Origin: Tubulanus polymorphus
Taxonomy: Eukaryota > Animalia > Nemertea
Direction: 5' to 3'
DNA: 64,000 nt
NCBI RefSeq assembly: GCF_964204645.1
Contig: NC_134025.1
Location: 1,922,001 to 1,986,000, forward strand
Notes under the pieces: model-generated
Seen by the model: the letters and a program-made list of their open reading frames with translations, nothing else
The model's database searches: none
Told to the model about the DNA's origin: nothing
Translations under genes and position numbers: made by a program
In this document: in pieces, positions 23,401 to 36,100 of the stretch
Layout of the letters: each line of letters starts with the position of its first letter
Numbering within the stretch: the stretch's first letter is position 1

Positions 23401-23539
23401 ATTAACTAAGAAAGATCGCGGTTCTGGAAGAGCTGTTAATCCATTCATGCATGAAACTAATGATTCTTCTAACGGTGGAATATTTCAGCGTGAAAACTTT
23501 CAGTTACAGTTAAACGCTCCGCCTTACAATGTTACATGA
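11475..23539 (+). CDS. VPS8: Vacuolar protein sorting-associated protein 8 (CORVET subunit): WD40 propeller, clathrin-repeat-like solenoid, C-terminal RING-H2; about 37 exons
   Basis: Continuous GT-AG exon chain from the ATG at 11475 (exon starts ~11475, 12347, 12508, 13118, 13290, 13441, 13582, 13797, 13973, 14491, 14833, 15123, 15285, 15451, 15648, 16254, 17033, 17768, 17987, 18122, 18327, 18664, 18810, 19087, 19319, 19505, 19905, 20126, 20533, 20707, 21174, 21572, 22009, 22251, 22743, 23233, 23384) to TGA at 23539. Motifs include PPTLESILNE, IAIGTSHGLVLVF, FLECLEPFILND, LGNKLLVYISCCLAGRAYP, TAFLLEKSG, ALWFPLLD and the RING CSLC...CGHSYHTQC...CYLC. Confidence 0.95.
11753..12027. mobile_element. 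MITE with CATAGGCGTCCCC TIRs and a 5-bp TSD in VPS8 intron 1
   Basis: CATAGGCGTCCCCAGG ... CCTTGGGGACGCCTATG; TTGCT at 11748-11752 and 12028-12032. Confidence 0.85.
12662..13053. mobile_element. TIR element with an 8-bp TSD carrying a tRNA-derived Pol III segment and telomere-like CCCTAA repeats
   Basis: TIRs GGCAGTTATTTTACCGGATCCGGTCACCGACTTCTGAACGCTATT / AATAGCGTTCAGAAGTCCGCGACCAGATCTGGCTAAATAATCACTTGCC; TSD AACTAAAA (12654-12661 and 13054-13061). Minus-strand A box TGGTCTAGTGG and B box GGTTCGAGTC at ~12780-12840; CCCTAACCC runs at 12881-12962. Confidence 0.8.
14095..14382. mobile_element. Partial hAT-like MITE with GGAAAACTCAGGGAA internal repeats
   Basis: Repeated GGAAAACTCA(G/C/T)GGAA units ending in GTGGCCACCCTG. 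Related CAGGGAA/TTCCCTG-rich remnants occur at ~16410-16690 and ~16850-17000. Confidence 0.6.
16098..16137 (-). ncRNA. Minimal type-I hammerhead ribozyme core from a Penelope-like remnant, antisense in a VPS8 intron
   Basis: Minus strand: C-CTGACGA-T-GATCTC-TAGGGT-GAGATC-GAAAC-GTC-GTGTC, i.e. CUGANGA core, 6-bp stem II, GAAA and a GUC cleavage triplet. The 5' stem-I strand is truncated here but is seen as GACAC in the copy at 17549. Confidence 0.65.
17391..17611. mobile_element. Penelope-like remnant with inverted terminal segments and partial hammerhead copies
   Basis: 17431-17468 and 17573-17611 are inverted repeats. A hammerhead-like copy lies on - at 17472-17507 and a 5' half GACAC-CTGACGA-TGATCTC on + at 17549-17567. 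17391-17432 is the reverse complement of 16141-16182. Confidence 0.7.
17687..17752. repeat. 14-bp tandem repeat, about 4.7 copies
   Basis: (ATGTCTAATGGCTG)n just upstream of a VPS8 acceptor. Confidence 0.95.
18932..19037. mobile_element. Short MITE with GGGCCCAGT TIRs (Harbinger-like)
   Basis: GGGCCCAGTGTCAC ... GTGAAACTGGGCCC; TSD unclear. A related degenerate element lies at ~20330-20500. Confidence 0.65.
19659..19823. mobile_element. Tc1/mariner-type MITE
   Basis: TACAGTCCAACTTGCTTAAGC ... GCTTAAGCAAGTTCCACTGTG; a related degenerate copy lies at ~18505-18620. Confidence 0.65.
21328..21553. mobile_element. MITE family copy 1 (AGGCTAAA...TTTAGCCT ends)
   Basis: TTAGGCTAAACAAAAACGATACCTTGTTTCTCCG ... 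CGGAGAAACAAGGTATCAATTTTTTTTAGCCTTA. Confidence 0.8.
21751..21972. mobile_element. MITE family copy 2 (diverged), in the next intron
   Basis: Aligns along its length with 21328-21553 (GATACCTTGTTTCTC, GGCCGGGTCAAC.TTTAAGCTC, TTTAGCC). Confidence 0.75.
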
Positions 23540-26500
23540 ACCCAAGATCGGGTTATTACTCGCCTAATTCATTATTGCTGTATTGTATAGATATATTTTT
23601 AGTTGTGTTTATAATATATCAAATATATAATGATATCTAGTCATCTTTTAAATTGTCTTCGTGTGTTATTGTTGTTTAATTGCGGATTCTCGCCGTCCTT
23701 ACGTCTATGCTTCAGAGGATCTCAATCGACGGTGCTGCCACTGATTAATATTGATATACGGCCACTAGAGACATCAAACCACCGCCGCCGCCGCTGAGTC
23801 TCTAACCGTCGAGGCCATCAAGTGTAGTTGGTGGTTGCGTCACCATTTATGGATTCGGCTTGAATCGTGTGCGGAGGTGACTTATGGCTACCTCCTCTCG
23901 CCAGGCACTAGAAAACCACCGCGGCTATATTCCTCTTTCTTTATTTCTACAATAGATATACGTAGAATATTTTTTAAACAAAATACGAATTCATCAAGTC
24001 CATGAAAATATACAGGATTCAAATGATTTGAGTCCCCGGGGCACACACCCGGCGTGCTCGGTTCTTTCACGGCTGTTTTTTAATTGTCTTGTGCCCATAA
24101 AACTCAGCGTTTTGACACTCCACGTAGGTGCGTCCCGGGATCGGACTCAGACCCACTGTCTCCGTATTTTTCAAAAAGCTGATAAAAGACTGACACAGAG
24201 ACAGTGATGAGTTATTTCGGAGATGGACGATTGTCTCGTCGGTGAAAAGATGAATTCATCCAAAACAACCGACGATGACGATCGAGTGCGGGTACATTCT
24301 AACACTGGCACGCGCCAAACCCCTATAATATACCCTAACCACGTACACAATCGTTAGTATCCTCAAACTTAAAGAATGGTCCCGGGTGTCTGTGCACTTT
24401 TATGAAATCAAAACAGTGACCGTAATGAGAATAACGCGGCGCGTGTGTAACGTGGTCTCGATCACGTGGCACTCTTGAGAGGACTGTCCATGAAATCCTC
24501 CGTGTTGACGTCACCGATATTTTCAAAATCTCTGGTGAATCGTTAGAATCAATTCAAGTTTTTTTTTCTTTTTTCATTAAAACAAAAAGAGATTCCCCAT
24601 ATTATATGAGTGTAATTGATATCGATACCGAAATACCTATCTAAATTTATTCATCTCAAATAAAAAAAGTCTCTATATTTGATATATTTTTTCGTTAAGA
24701 ATATAATTTATGTCGATGATTTACGGCGCCTTTTGAAATTCAGATGTTCTTGGGATTGAGATCGGGTGCGCCGTTCGCGTGGCTGGCCTTTAATCCCGCT
24801 AATGAAAAGAATTATTTTGACACGCAAACAACGAAGTGTATAATAGCAACTGTAGGAGACTCACAGGTGATTCTCACTGAGCGACATCCCGTGTCTTTTC
24901 ATATCGTCAATTGTCACACCCACTGTCGTGCGATTGGATTGTTTGACTAATATATTCTAAGTTGAATGCCCACCACTAGACGGCGTGGATCGGTTTGATA
25001 CAGATGTCGTAGCACTTAATGCGGGACGCATTCATCATCGACGTTTTGAATTCTCAACTGGACTATTTATTTTAAGTCTAATCTTCATAAACGACTTGTT
25101 CAACAGTTTTAAGACATTTAAAGGATTTAGATAAAATCAATCCGATATCAATCAACACCATCGATTCAAATCGCTTGTTTAGGTAAGTTAATCAACTTTA
25201 TCTTTGACAACTGACTTATGATAGATATTTTCAAAATTTTCAAATATTTCTATGTTATTCACCGAGTCACTCGATAAATTATTGTTGATGCTCATGTAGA
25301 ATATCGAAGATGTCTTTACACTTTTACTGATCTTAGATATAGTAGAATTAATGTATAGATTGTTTAGATGTTATATGTGTTCTATGACATTGTGGATCTT
25401 TATATGGAATTCTGTTAGGCGATTGTTCCATTCTGACACTCGTATATTTTTTAGAAATTTTCGAAAGGTTTTCACTATCACGTACCAACCTCAACGGTTC
25501 TGCCGTGTGAATAGAGAAGATGGCTCTGTAGATATCACTATATGTTCATGTCATGTCGACTAAGAAGGAAATAGACGAGTCTTTATTATAGAATCATGAA
25601 CTTGTGATAAATGTAATAGAAAGAATCTGGGGCAGGTCCTCGAAAACAGTCAGTTCTCATATTATCATATACACAATATGTACTTCAAGTATAAACTGAA
25701 CGGGCTGGGTTTTCTTCTTCCGGTTCGGTTTCTCTGTATTATAATAAGAAAGTCACGAGATCCTAAAAGGATGCAGATATAAAGAATTAGGTTGAATGTC
25801 AGCAGATCTTGAGAAACACAAACAATCTTTATACAAAACGTCTGCTTCGGGTCGTAAAAACTCAAGTTTTCTTGAGTCACTCGATACTTTTTGACGCCGT
25901 TTGACGCGGGCTATCAGTAAAGAATCTTACCAGGAGTGGGTGAAGTTTACGTTAGAAACAGATGTTTGAGAAGTTATTTCCTTCCTGTCTCTTCGAGAAA
26001 ACTGCACGTTTTTTCCCCGATACAAACGTCATGTTTAACATATGCCTCGCGGCCAAAAACACAAGGATTAGTTTCCCTTCTCAGAGTTATACAAATATGA
26101 ACGTATTTTTTAAAATCTAATTAGTGGATCTGTTTTCAAGTGTTGATCACGATATTGATTATTTTCAGTCCTAATTAGGTTAACCTGCATGACGTCATTG
26201 AAATGACGCGCAAACACACAATGACATCTCTATGAAATGAAAAAATTTTGATTATCAATTATTTTCCAAACTTGAAGTTGCGAAGATCGCCGATAAAAAG
26301 ACCACCCACATGGGTTGAAAAAATTGTCATCCCGAAAATCGTGATATATCTCAAAAACTTTTGTTGATTGGTGGATTCGGTGTTTTTACCGACTCAATTA
26401 ACGCTTTTCATGAGACGGATCGTCCATGGCTTACAGACGAACGCTCAAAGATGTTATTGGTGTCGTGCCTATCCGGCTTCCTCTTCAAGATTGATCAAGT

Positions 26501-28880
26501 CTTTTTAAAGTTGACACGCGACGTTTATTGAGAAAACCCCCATCTTCTTTATGACAGTACTCGATCCTTCGCTAATATTAGCAAACCGCATCGAGCATAT
26601 GCTAGTTATAAGGGTTTTTGATGGCTGGCCACGTGTCTTTTAGTCCCATCATCTCATCACGGATAGGGCCGTGTGGCTCTGACATGGACAATGATATTGG
26701 ACCTCTTCTAGTCGATGTCGACACGCGTGCCGCTATTTGAAAGAACCTGCATAGTTCAAACTAGCTTCTGAAATAACTCAATCATATTATGCCGCGTACA
26801 CATTTTTATAAGGGCGCATTGAGTCAGAACGCATCATATTATTCTATTATTGAAATATCTGACAGGGGAAATCGAGACAGGAATCTTTAGAAAGGAGGGG
26901 TAATTGCTAGGACATTGTATCCGTAATCTTCATATTCACGTAGACACGCGGTTCTTTGTATTTTGCTCACTTCGAGGTATTTACGGGTCGTCAGAGATCA
27001 TGAAATACGAGTCGCTCGATATACATATATTTTTTCTAAGCGTTTCGGGAATGAACAACAGTCAAATAATAACTCGCGAACAATGTGTTTGATCGTTCTA
27101 AAATCGTTGTCGTAAATTGTGCGACGTATAGCTAGCTGTAATTATCACTGGTCGTTAAATTTTTTAAGATGCGGCTTTACGCATCTCCGTAAAAGGTAAA
27201 ATGGTCTCATCGACTTCCGCGAAAAATTCCCCTCGTTCGCAGACTCCGCAGACGATCAATGACAGGTTGCGTGTGTCACGTGACTCATTCACGCGTATAT
27301 GGCGGGTGATTATACTATAACGCCAAACTTAGCTCATCAAACGAAACTCGTCATTCTGCTAAATTTCTTAATTCGTATTCTGTGACATGCTCAGCGGTTT
27401 TCTCCGTATCCATAGAATTGTCGGCTTAAACTCATGTGAAATTAGAGTGTCCTGCCTTATCAACGCTGCAGTCTAATAGAGCGTTAATGGTCAGATAAAG
27501 AAGTCGTGCCGACTAAAGAAAAGTCGTGAAACTCGAGAATTGCATTTAAATTATTCTTAGCGCTCAAAGGCACTTCTCTACAATAAGCGGTCTTATCGCG
27601 ACTAACCATGTGTACCTAAATTGTTGGCTGAAGATCGCGATTCCTGCCGTATCAAGGAATCTTATACACCACCTAGTCCAATAAATTAATTCTAGGGTTT
27701 AATCGCACCTGAGGGCTAGACGACAGAGTCTGCAAGATAAAGACGCGATCAAGGAAAAATGAACGGTCACCGGTAGAGAGAACGTCAGGCTGTAATTAAT
27801 CGGATGAAAGAAATAACTGACAGCAAACCGATTTATAAAAATGTTTCCGTTGCTGATAATTCTTCGAGTTAATTACGTACATGGATGCGAATTAAATCGT
27901 GTAACGGCAAGAAAAAGTTATTGATGATAATCCGATTAGTCTATTATAACGACTGTTTATACGTATCGATATACGAGAATAATATATATCGTTTAGAATT
28001 TGACAATCGTTTCTCTGCGGTCCTATATCAATTTAAAAACCACAACAGCTAAATCGAATTCGGAGTTTGTATTCTCAAGGAAATAAACTCACAATAGACA
28101 TTCGTGTCTTATTATTTTGAAACATCTGCGATCTGGGCACATCTTGGTCATCTTCTATTGAAGTCAGAAATGTTCGTTCATTCATTTAAATGACATATCA
28201 CGGAAGAGACATTGTCCGCACATCTTCGCCGAGGTGTGACCTGTTGGACTCGGCTTAAGGCGATATGTCGCATTTCTTCAATTCAACTCCTGAACCGCGG
28301 CAGCTGGTTGACTCAGACTATTCTCTGCGCCTCAGCACCATAAAACAATAATAAGTCAGTGTTATGTAATAAAGCCACGCGTAATTAGCATTGTTCATAT
28401 CGTATAATAACAGTTTATACCGTTTTATTATTGGCAGAAGACCCCCACACGTTTCTTTACAATTTATGATACCAAAACCCCATAGACTTTCACCGCCGTC
28501 CCCGCAGTTGGAGGGTTAATCCGCTATTGTTTCCGTTTAACCGACCACCTGACTTCCCCTCTAAAGAAAGGAGGGAAGCATGTGTTTCCTAATCGACGAT
28601 GCAAATAATCCTTTCTAATTAATTCGCGGTGTCGACCCCTATTGTCGTATTGGCAATTTCGAGATGAGATGTTTCTATTAAAAGCCCAATTTGTCTTTTG
28701 TTTAAGAACACGGTGCTTACTTTCACTAATGATAACAACCGAATATAACCACACGAAACTCACATCAGACATATCGAACTGGGGGTTCCAATTCGAAAAA
28801 GTGTGACGTTCTTCTACCATCAACAACGGCTTACATTTCGCGAAACTAAAACGTGAATAACATAACCCAATAACCCTTTC

Positions 28881-28949
28881 AGTTGAGGGACTCGAACCCG
28901 CAACCTCGGGCACTCAGACCTTGTGTCTAACCACTAGCCCCATCGAACT
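28881..28949 (-). pseudogene. tRNA-derived sequence (SINE head or tRNA pseudogene)
   Basis: Minus strand AGTTCGATGGGGCTAGTGGTTAGACAC...GCGGGTTCGAGTCCCTCAACT has A and B boxes, but the stems pair poorly. Confidence 0.6.
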
Positions 28950-31127
28950 GTGGAGCTCTTAGTTTGAAAGTTTGTATCGTTGTGGGTGACCAGTCAGCCG
29001 ACGGTCACGTGTGAATTGCACTATTCACACTAAAAGCCTCCGATTACAATAATTCTTAATAAATAACTGATTTAATATGTATAAAGCTGAATTCGATCCA
29101 AAAACTGTTACATTTCTATTCACTGGCGAAATATCCCCTGCAGCCTTTCATCCTCGACGCGGCGCAGCCACTCTTTATAAACTCTAGTAAAAGGTGATTA
29201 GGATATAAGGCCTTTATGTCAACACTGTCCTTTAATGACTTCTTGTAAGAAACGGCGTGGAAAAATATTTACGCGGCCGCTTACTCGTTTTATTAAGTAG
29301 ACTCAATTAATTTTTAAAGAAGAAAGATGTCGATTAAGTAAATGCTAATCTTGTCGTTTTGTAAAGCCTCTTGATGGATTAATTTGTCGAAATTATTGAC
29401 TTTACACTCGAGAAAAGTCTTCTCGAGATAAAAGCGAATCGGGTTCGCGAATATTCGTGCACGATTCTCATCTACGGTATTACGCGACGAAACAAAAATG
29501 ATTTATAAGAAATAAAGGGATATCAAATAAAGCAGATTTGTAATATCGGAGTATGGATTTTCTTTTGTTCTTTTCTTATAGATCGGTTTATTGTGTACAA
29601 GCGCAATATTCTCACACCAAGAAATATCGCGAATTGTCACACATATATACATATTGCATAGCGCATCGCAAAAAAAATTCGAATAAAGCAATGTTATGAG
29701 ATGGGGGTTGCGCCGAGGTTGGAGGCATGGCATTATAGGGGTAGAGCGTCAGGTGTACGATTAAACGCGACAGTAGATGCATCTATCATCAGCGGGATAT
29801 AAAAATTCGCCGCGCTTTTATTGTTTGAAACGGTGTTTGTTGAGAGTTATCAATGCGAAACGGAGACCCGACCAACGGTTCGCCCGCGCACGTGTCAGTG
29901 TTGGTTCTTCGCACACGACCCGACCGCACAATTCTCCACAATCCAAGAAATGGTTTATGGTCTACAAGATATAGTTACCATATTAAGAAAAAGAGAAGAC
30001 CGTTGTCTCATGTGCCGTGGGCATTTGAACATCCGTCGCCACCGCAATACAATTATATTATACGGCGCTGCATTTTGAATACGGGTTGAGTGGGCCAATA
30101 AGCATATCGTGTCGATGTACACTTGACTGCACTTGTATTTGGCCAAGATTCGTATCTTTCTGATGGCGATTGTTTGAAACGTCGCCAAAGAACAAATACT
30201 CTCGTCAAGAAGAGTTTTCGCAGATGCTGAATTCAATCCTCACCTGCATTCGTATTTCAAGACGTCGATCTTTTGTCCAGTATTCACATAGAACGAGGAC
30301 TTCAAAGACTCGCTAATATAAATGTGGTAAGATGCACATACATTGCATACGTTAGGAATCTTTATAGAACCGACGTGTATTTATTTATACACAGTTTAGT
30401 AAAGAGATTGTGTGAAAAATCTAAGGTGTGATACACATGTGATAATCATTGTTCTCTTAAATCTTCTTGAGATGTTCCGCGTATTAATAATGAATAATTT
30501 ATGTTGCTATGTCCTCGGGTTTGTCGCACGTTAAGCGAATTACTTACTGAACTGCTTTCTATAAACAATCTTCGTCTGTCGCGGACTCGTATACTCGACA
30601 CTTACGACTATTTCTATGTTGGGATTATTGCAACTTCGGTAAGAATACATAAATAAGGATAGTTGAATAGCTGCCCGAAGTGAACAGATATTGTAGGATT
30701 ATTTGGTGCTAGTCGGGTGTAGGTTTCTTTTACATTATTCATATAAATATATTTGAATTTGTATTCTGTATATTTAAAATCCTCATGCGAATAAATTCTG
30801 TTGCGCTCTATAATCCGGAATACGATCTACATAAATCGTGTTCTTAGTGATTCCTGTCTTGTACGACAAGCTGTTGCAATGAAAGAATTTGCAGATTTTA
30901 CGTGTTCGGTAAATGTTCCTAATATGACGGGTTCATACATTATTCATTTACGAAACAAAAGTTGTCAGATGAAATGCGGGCTGATCTCGGGCTGGGTGAA
31001 ATATATACGATGTTTCGAATTGATCCAAATTGCCTAATAACGGATTGTACCTTTGTCTATTTTTCTAGGTATGCTAATAAGCTGAAGTTTGTTCAACGAG
31101 TCGAGAGAGAGTTCCAAAAATAAAACC

Positions 31128-33134
31128 ATGTCAGCGGCTGTTGTAGAGAATAGTGGCAACCTCTGTCAACCGATAGAAGAAAGATCACAGGACGTGGAAA
31201 GTGAGGAGGAAAGTAGAGAATTTGAAAGTATGAATTCGTCGACTGTTAACGGCGAAGATGATAGAACCGAAGATCTCGAAGAGGAGCAAATCGATCCCGG
31301 ATCGGATAAAGATGAAGATGATAGATTCATCAGATCGAATTCGTTTAATTCTCGTATTAACGGCGAGGCGATCGACGAACATTTATTAGCTAGTTACAAA
31401 CTTTCTCCCGATACGAATAAACTATTGCGAGATATTATTCAGAATCGTGAACGTAAACTACACGCGATGAGGCTGGCAAACGGGCAGTCGCCATTACAGA
31501 TCAACGGTGACCATAATGCCATGATAAACCAACTGCTGCAGGAGCGAGAAATCTACCGAAATGGAGAACTGAATTTAGATATGTCTTTAGTTTCTCAAGG
31601 TATTTCTAATAACTCTGACGACAGCGATAACGAAATGGATAAAAATCAAAACAAAAGATCGTGTTCTTCGCCGTTGATTAGTCCCGGGGGTAGTTCGAGC
31701 GGGCAGCTCAGCCCCAGCGACCCGGAGGCCGTGAAAGTAAAACGCGCTCGCGTTGAGAATATCGTTACTGGTATGAGAATGTCACCGTCGACTCAACCGA
31801 AATCCGAATCGGGAAATCCTCCTTTAGAAAAACGCAGCAATAAACGTAAACAATATCAACCTCAACAACATGACGTCAGATTCAACGAGGATGACGAACC
31901 GAGTGCAAAACGTGGCCGAGTCGAAAAAGACAATTTGAAAGATCAGTTGAAACAAATGCAGCAGCAATTGGTCGAAATGCAACAAAAATATATTCAATTG
32001 TTCGAAAAGACATCCGCAGCCGGTTTGGACACTGTCGATTCTTGTGTCAATGTTGACAGTTTTAATAAAACTAGTCAATGTGTCGGCGAAAATGCGAAGG
32101 AGACAAACAATAATAATACGAAATTAGGCGAAAAGTCGAAATCCCCAAGTTTGCCGTTCATAAATCTCGAAAATAAAGATATGGAACCCAGCCATTTTAT
32201 CGATCAGGTGTGTAAACTAGTCAAAGAACAGGAAGTTAAAATCAGTAAACCATCCGCTAATGCGCTGCCATCAAAAACTAGCATCGAGGACCTCGCGAAA
32301 TCCATAAAATCTGAAATCAGGGACGTAATCAGTAATACTGTTGATTCTGTGGTAAGCAAATTTCTACAAGAAAATAAACTAAAACTGAAGGAAGCGATGA
32401 CACCGGAACCACCTGTAGTTCAAGAGAAACTCAACACGACGCCAACTCCGATACCTCAAATGCCACGAGTCAGCACACCTAATAAAGCTGAACAGAAACC
32501 TCCTAAAACTAAAGTTACCGATAAAACACCTTTCAGAATACCTGACCTGGCCATATCGAATGGTTTCCACGATCCAGCATTCCATCCACTTCCCGCTCAT
32601 CATCCATTCCATCCATTCCCGCTGTTTGGACCGGCTCTTCATCACCACCACGCCATGTTCCACGCACCTAAGAAAGAACCCGAACAGACCGAAGCGTTGC
32701 CGCTGATCGTCAACACTCCTAAGAAGAAGCGCACGAAAGTCACCGATACTCGTTTATCACCGCGAGCAGCGAGAGCGTTATTACATGAAAATCAAATGGA
32801 AGCTGAGAAAATGATGATGCATCCACTGACCCACGATGGATATCCACTTATTCCCGTATCATTACCGACATCAGTTGCCATTCCAAACCCTGGTTTACAA
32901 CATTCTGATATCATGGCAATGCATAATAACCCTGAACATCATTCCGCCTTCCACGATGTGTCCCGTTCGCCTCCTATGGACCACTTTTCGCCTAATGGTC
33001 GACTATCGCCGCCAGATAGCATGCCGATGTCTATACCTGCCATGATGAGAAAAGATCATAGAGCTGACAGTCTGTACGGTGGTGACAGATCGAGAAGTGA
33101 AACTCCCACTTATGAAGCAAGTATGGCACATATC
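31128..33134 (+). CDS. pros: prospero/Prox homeobox protein, coding exon 1 (669 codons)
   Basis: Long ORF with an ATG in good context (AAAACCATG, 31128), downstream of an acceptor at 31068. Prox motifs KRARVENIVTGM, KRKQYQPQQ, a coiled coil and EQTEALPLIV.TPKKKRTKVTDTRLSPR. It ends at the U12 donor ATATCCTTT. Confidence 0.95.
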
Positions 33135-36100
33135 ATATCCTTTTCAAAAATGTAAATCAATATTTCATATGCAAAAATTCCCAATTTTCTGGGAAATAGA
33201 TCCAGTCAGCGACAGTTACCTTCAGTAGCTTCATCCCCAAAAAAAAACCTTTTAAAACCTTGTGTCATTTGCCAATTAGTGCCGATGCTCGAAGCGAGTA
33301 AGCATTTTTCAATGGTATCACTGTATTCAAGAAGACGCTTATTGTAATACCTGGTAAATCAACACTCTTAGATAAACGATACTTCTGATATATTTCATAA
33401 ATGGGTGGCGACCATATCTTCATCCTCAACGTCATTTTTTGCAAAAAAGCATACTCATTCAAATCACGTGACTGCGAAATTCTATATATAGCCCTACAGT
33501 CTTAGTAAGAGAGATTGAAATCAATTTATTGATGTCCAAAGATCACGCTCTTGTTAACAGTTTCTTCTGGCTTATGAAGTTGGACAAAAGGACAACATCT
33601 GTGGTCAGAGACAATAAACCTATTGAAAATAGCTAATAAACTAAAACTATGAAAGATGCGTCTAAGCATCATCTGTAAATGTAAGAGGCAGGGTGTAAAT
33701 CTATTGTCAGAACGATGAGAATGGAACAAAGATGATGCCCTCGCGATGACGTGTGTCGTACATAAAATAATATGACCCGCCGCGAAATAAAGACAAGATG
33801 AGTGTGTTAGGGGCAATTGAATATCGAATTTTGAATGCTGAAGTCTTCGGAACACCTACTATCCTCTGCTTTGTTAAGCATCGGAAAGTGAGCGGAATTT
33901 CTCGTTAACAAAGCTTAGCTCCAACATCGTAGAGAAAGTTATCGACAATAGTATACAAGATACTATTCACTTTCATAATTACAACATACATTGTTCGTCG
34001 GGTCTAGATGTTGATTTGACTCGTGCGCATTTTTTCTTTAAGGATTGGTCATCATTGATCGTTCTTTGTTAGCGTCTAAAGCGTTCAGGTGTGCTATTTT
34101 AAGGGGTGGCGTTTGTTATTTTTTTTCTCGGGCACCGTTCAAACACACGACAATGACAATGGTTTCAACGATCATTTTTATATCACGTGAACTAGATGTT
34201 ATAAATTGGCTCTCATCCCTTTGAAAATTAAATATTTCTGCGAAGCAAGCCGTAAATCTTGAAAACAAATGTAATTCCCTCTTGAGATCTGAGATTCGTT
34301 TACATTTAAGATTTGGTCTCGATGATTCTTAAAAGCTTCCTGAAAATGTCGTTGATGTGTAAGAAACTGGTTCAACTGCTATCGGCGGTTCCATTAGAAA
34401 ACCTACTCTGTAAAACGATACTCATAGTCGTGAACGTGAAATGTCTGAAGGCAATCGATCTCAGTAAATACGTGAAAAAGACTTCAGTTTCTTATTTAGA
34501 AAATAATCATATACCGTATACTGTAAAATTATCGATCGTAGAAGTTCTCGTTACATAATTCATCGAGACGAGAAAAAAAAACCCAGAGAAAAATACCAAA
34601 GTGGAAGTCATTACCTTTAATGAGTGGGTTTGATGCATTATGAATTACTTTAAAAGAGGAAACTAGACAAAAATGATGTTAGTTAAGCACTGAAAGCGTC
34701 GTTGCTCAAGACACTTGAGGTTTCAGTCCACCAAATTCACCACCCTACACATCTATTTTGAGGTTAATTGGAAAAGTGGGCTGCTTCTTTTTAGGAAAAT
34801 TCTCAGAGCTACCTCTCATTAAAACTAGAAAATCAATTTGAATCATCAGATAGAACGGTAACTTGCCATTCATTATTGCACTTAAAGATTATTCGCCACA
34901 TCTCACAAAAATATGGATTAATAATGAAATTCTTTTAATTATGCATGGATACGTTTAGTCATCGATAGACTGTAGGTAGAAATTCAAAAACTGATATAAA
35001 AATTCGAATGTAAAGAGCTCGTATTTCGTGTTTATTGAAACCTTCCAGTTTTCTTCCTTTGTTACACTGACTGTTACTTATTCTATCGGCTTGAAAGGTA
35101 TTGAATTTTGATCGAGCCCTCAGGCTTTTGCGACATTAATCTTGAATTGTGTTTACTATAAAAGAAAACCTTACTTCAAAAAATAGGTATTAGTTACCAT
35201 TTCGGCTTTGTGTTACAAGAGAAGGCGATCGAGATATATTCCAATATCTGAAATTAGCCCGCGGTTCCACCCATCAATATAGTCATCTTTAGGTAATATA
35301 CGAGCCGGAAAATCAATGTAAATGGAAGGCTCTTGAAATCTTTTAAAGAAGTTCTGCGTATACTTCAAATATCAATCACGTATCATCAAGTGTAGGAGAT
35401 CAAATGGAACCTGAAGAAAATTCTAGAAAAGCAGCTTCATCTGAATAGAAATAACATATACACGTATCGTTTTACACGAGCAGATCAGGTTTTACACTTA
35501 GAAAAAAGATACATCATCTATTATTACTGCTTACATTTCGTCGCAAATGTCCATCGTTTTATTCACTATATTGATAGTTTCTAAGTAAGGACATATTTCT
35601 TTTCAGAAATCCTATGACAACCTGTCGCAAATTTCACTTGAAACCAGACATGAAAAAATCTTTATTTCAAAAAATCAACTTCTGTTCTCGTGTCGAACAT
35701 TCGTAGCACATGTCGAATCGTAATTGAGAGTCTGAATTCACTGACTTTTCTGGTAAATTATTTCGATGTAAAGTAACAATATGCTTTCTAATTTGCTGGC
35801 AGAACCGCGTGCGTGCATCATCAATCAATCAACCGCCCTCTAAACTAATAATAGTAAAGGAAAATATGAAAAGCTTGCAGGTACATAGTTGGTTATTGAT
35901 AATTCTGACAGATGTTTTGCTTGAAAATATAACTGCAACAAATCTTTTCAAACTCTATTGAACGCATAAGCTGCTAAATGGTCGGAACAATGCATTTAAT
36001 GAACAAATTTCTTATTATACACACTACTTAGCTATTTTTATGTTCTATGAAATGCGAACATTAGGGAAACCTGTGCACAGGTTTAACTGCATAAATTTAA

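Noticed and set aside
23680-23930. GC-richer stretch after VPS8 as an HDV-like ribozyme or small gene
   Set aside because: It has a GGAGGT/ACCTCC hairpin and a CArG-like CCATTTATGG, but the nested pseudoknot cannot be built and there is no credible ORF.
28881-28949. Functional tRNA gene
   Set aside because: A and B boxes are present, but the acceptor, anticodon and T stems do not pair properly.
31089-33155. ORF-track 688-aa protein as the complete gene product with a TTG start
   Set aside because: This is a eukaryotic gene: the first in-frame ATG is 31128, and the ORF runs into the intron. The homeodomain is in downstream exons.
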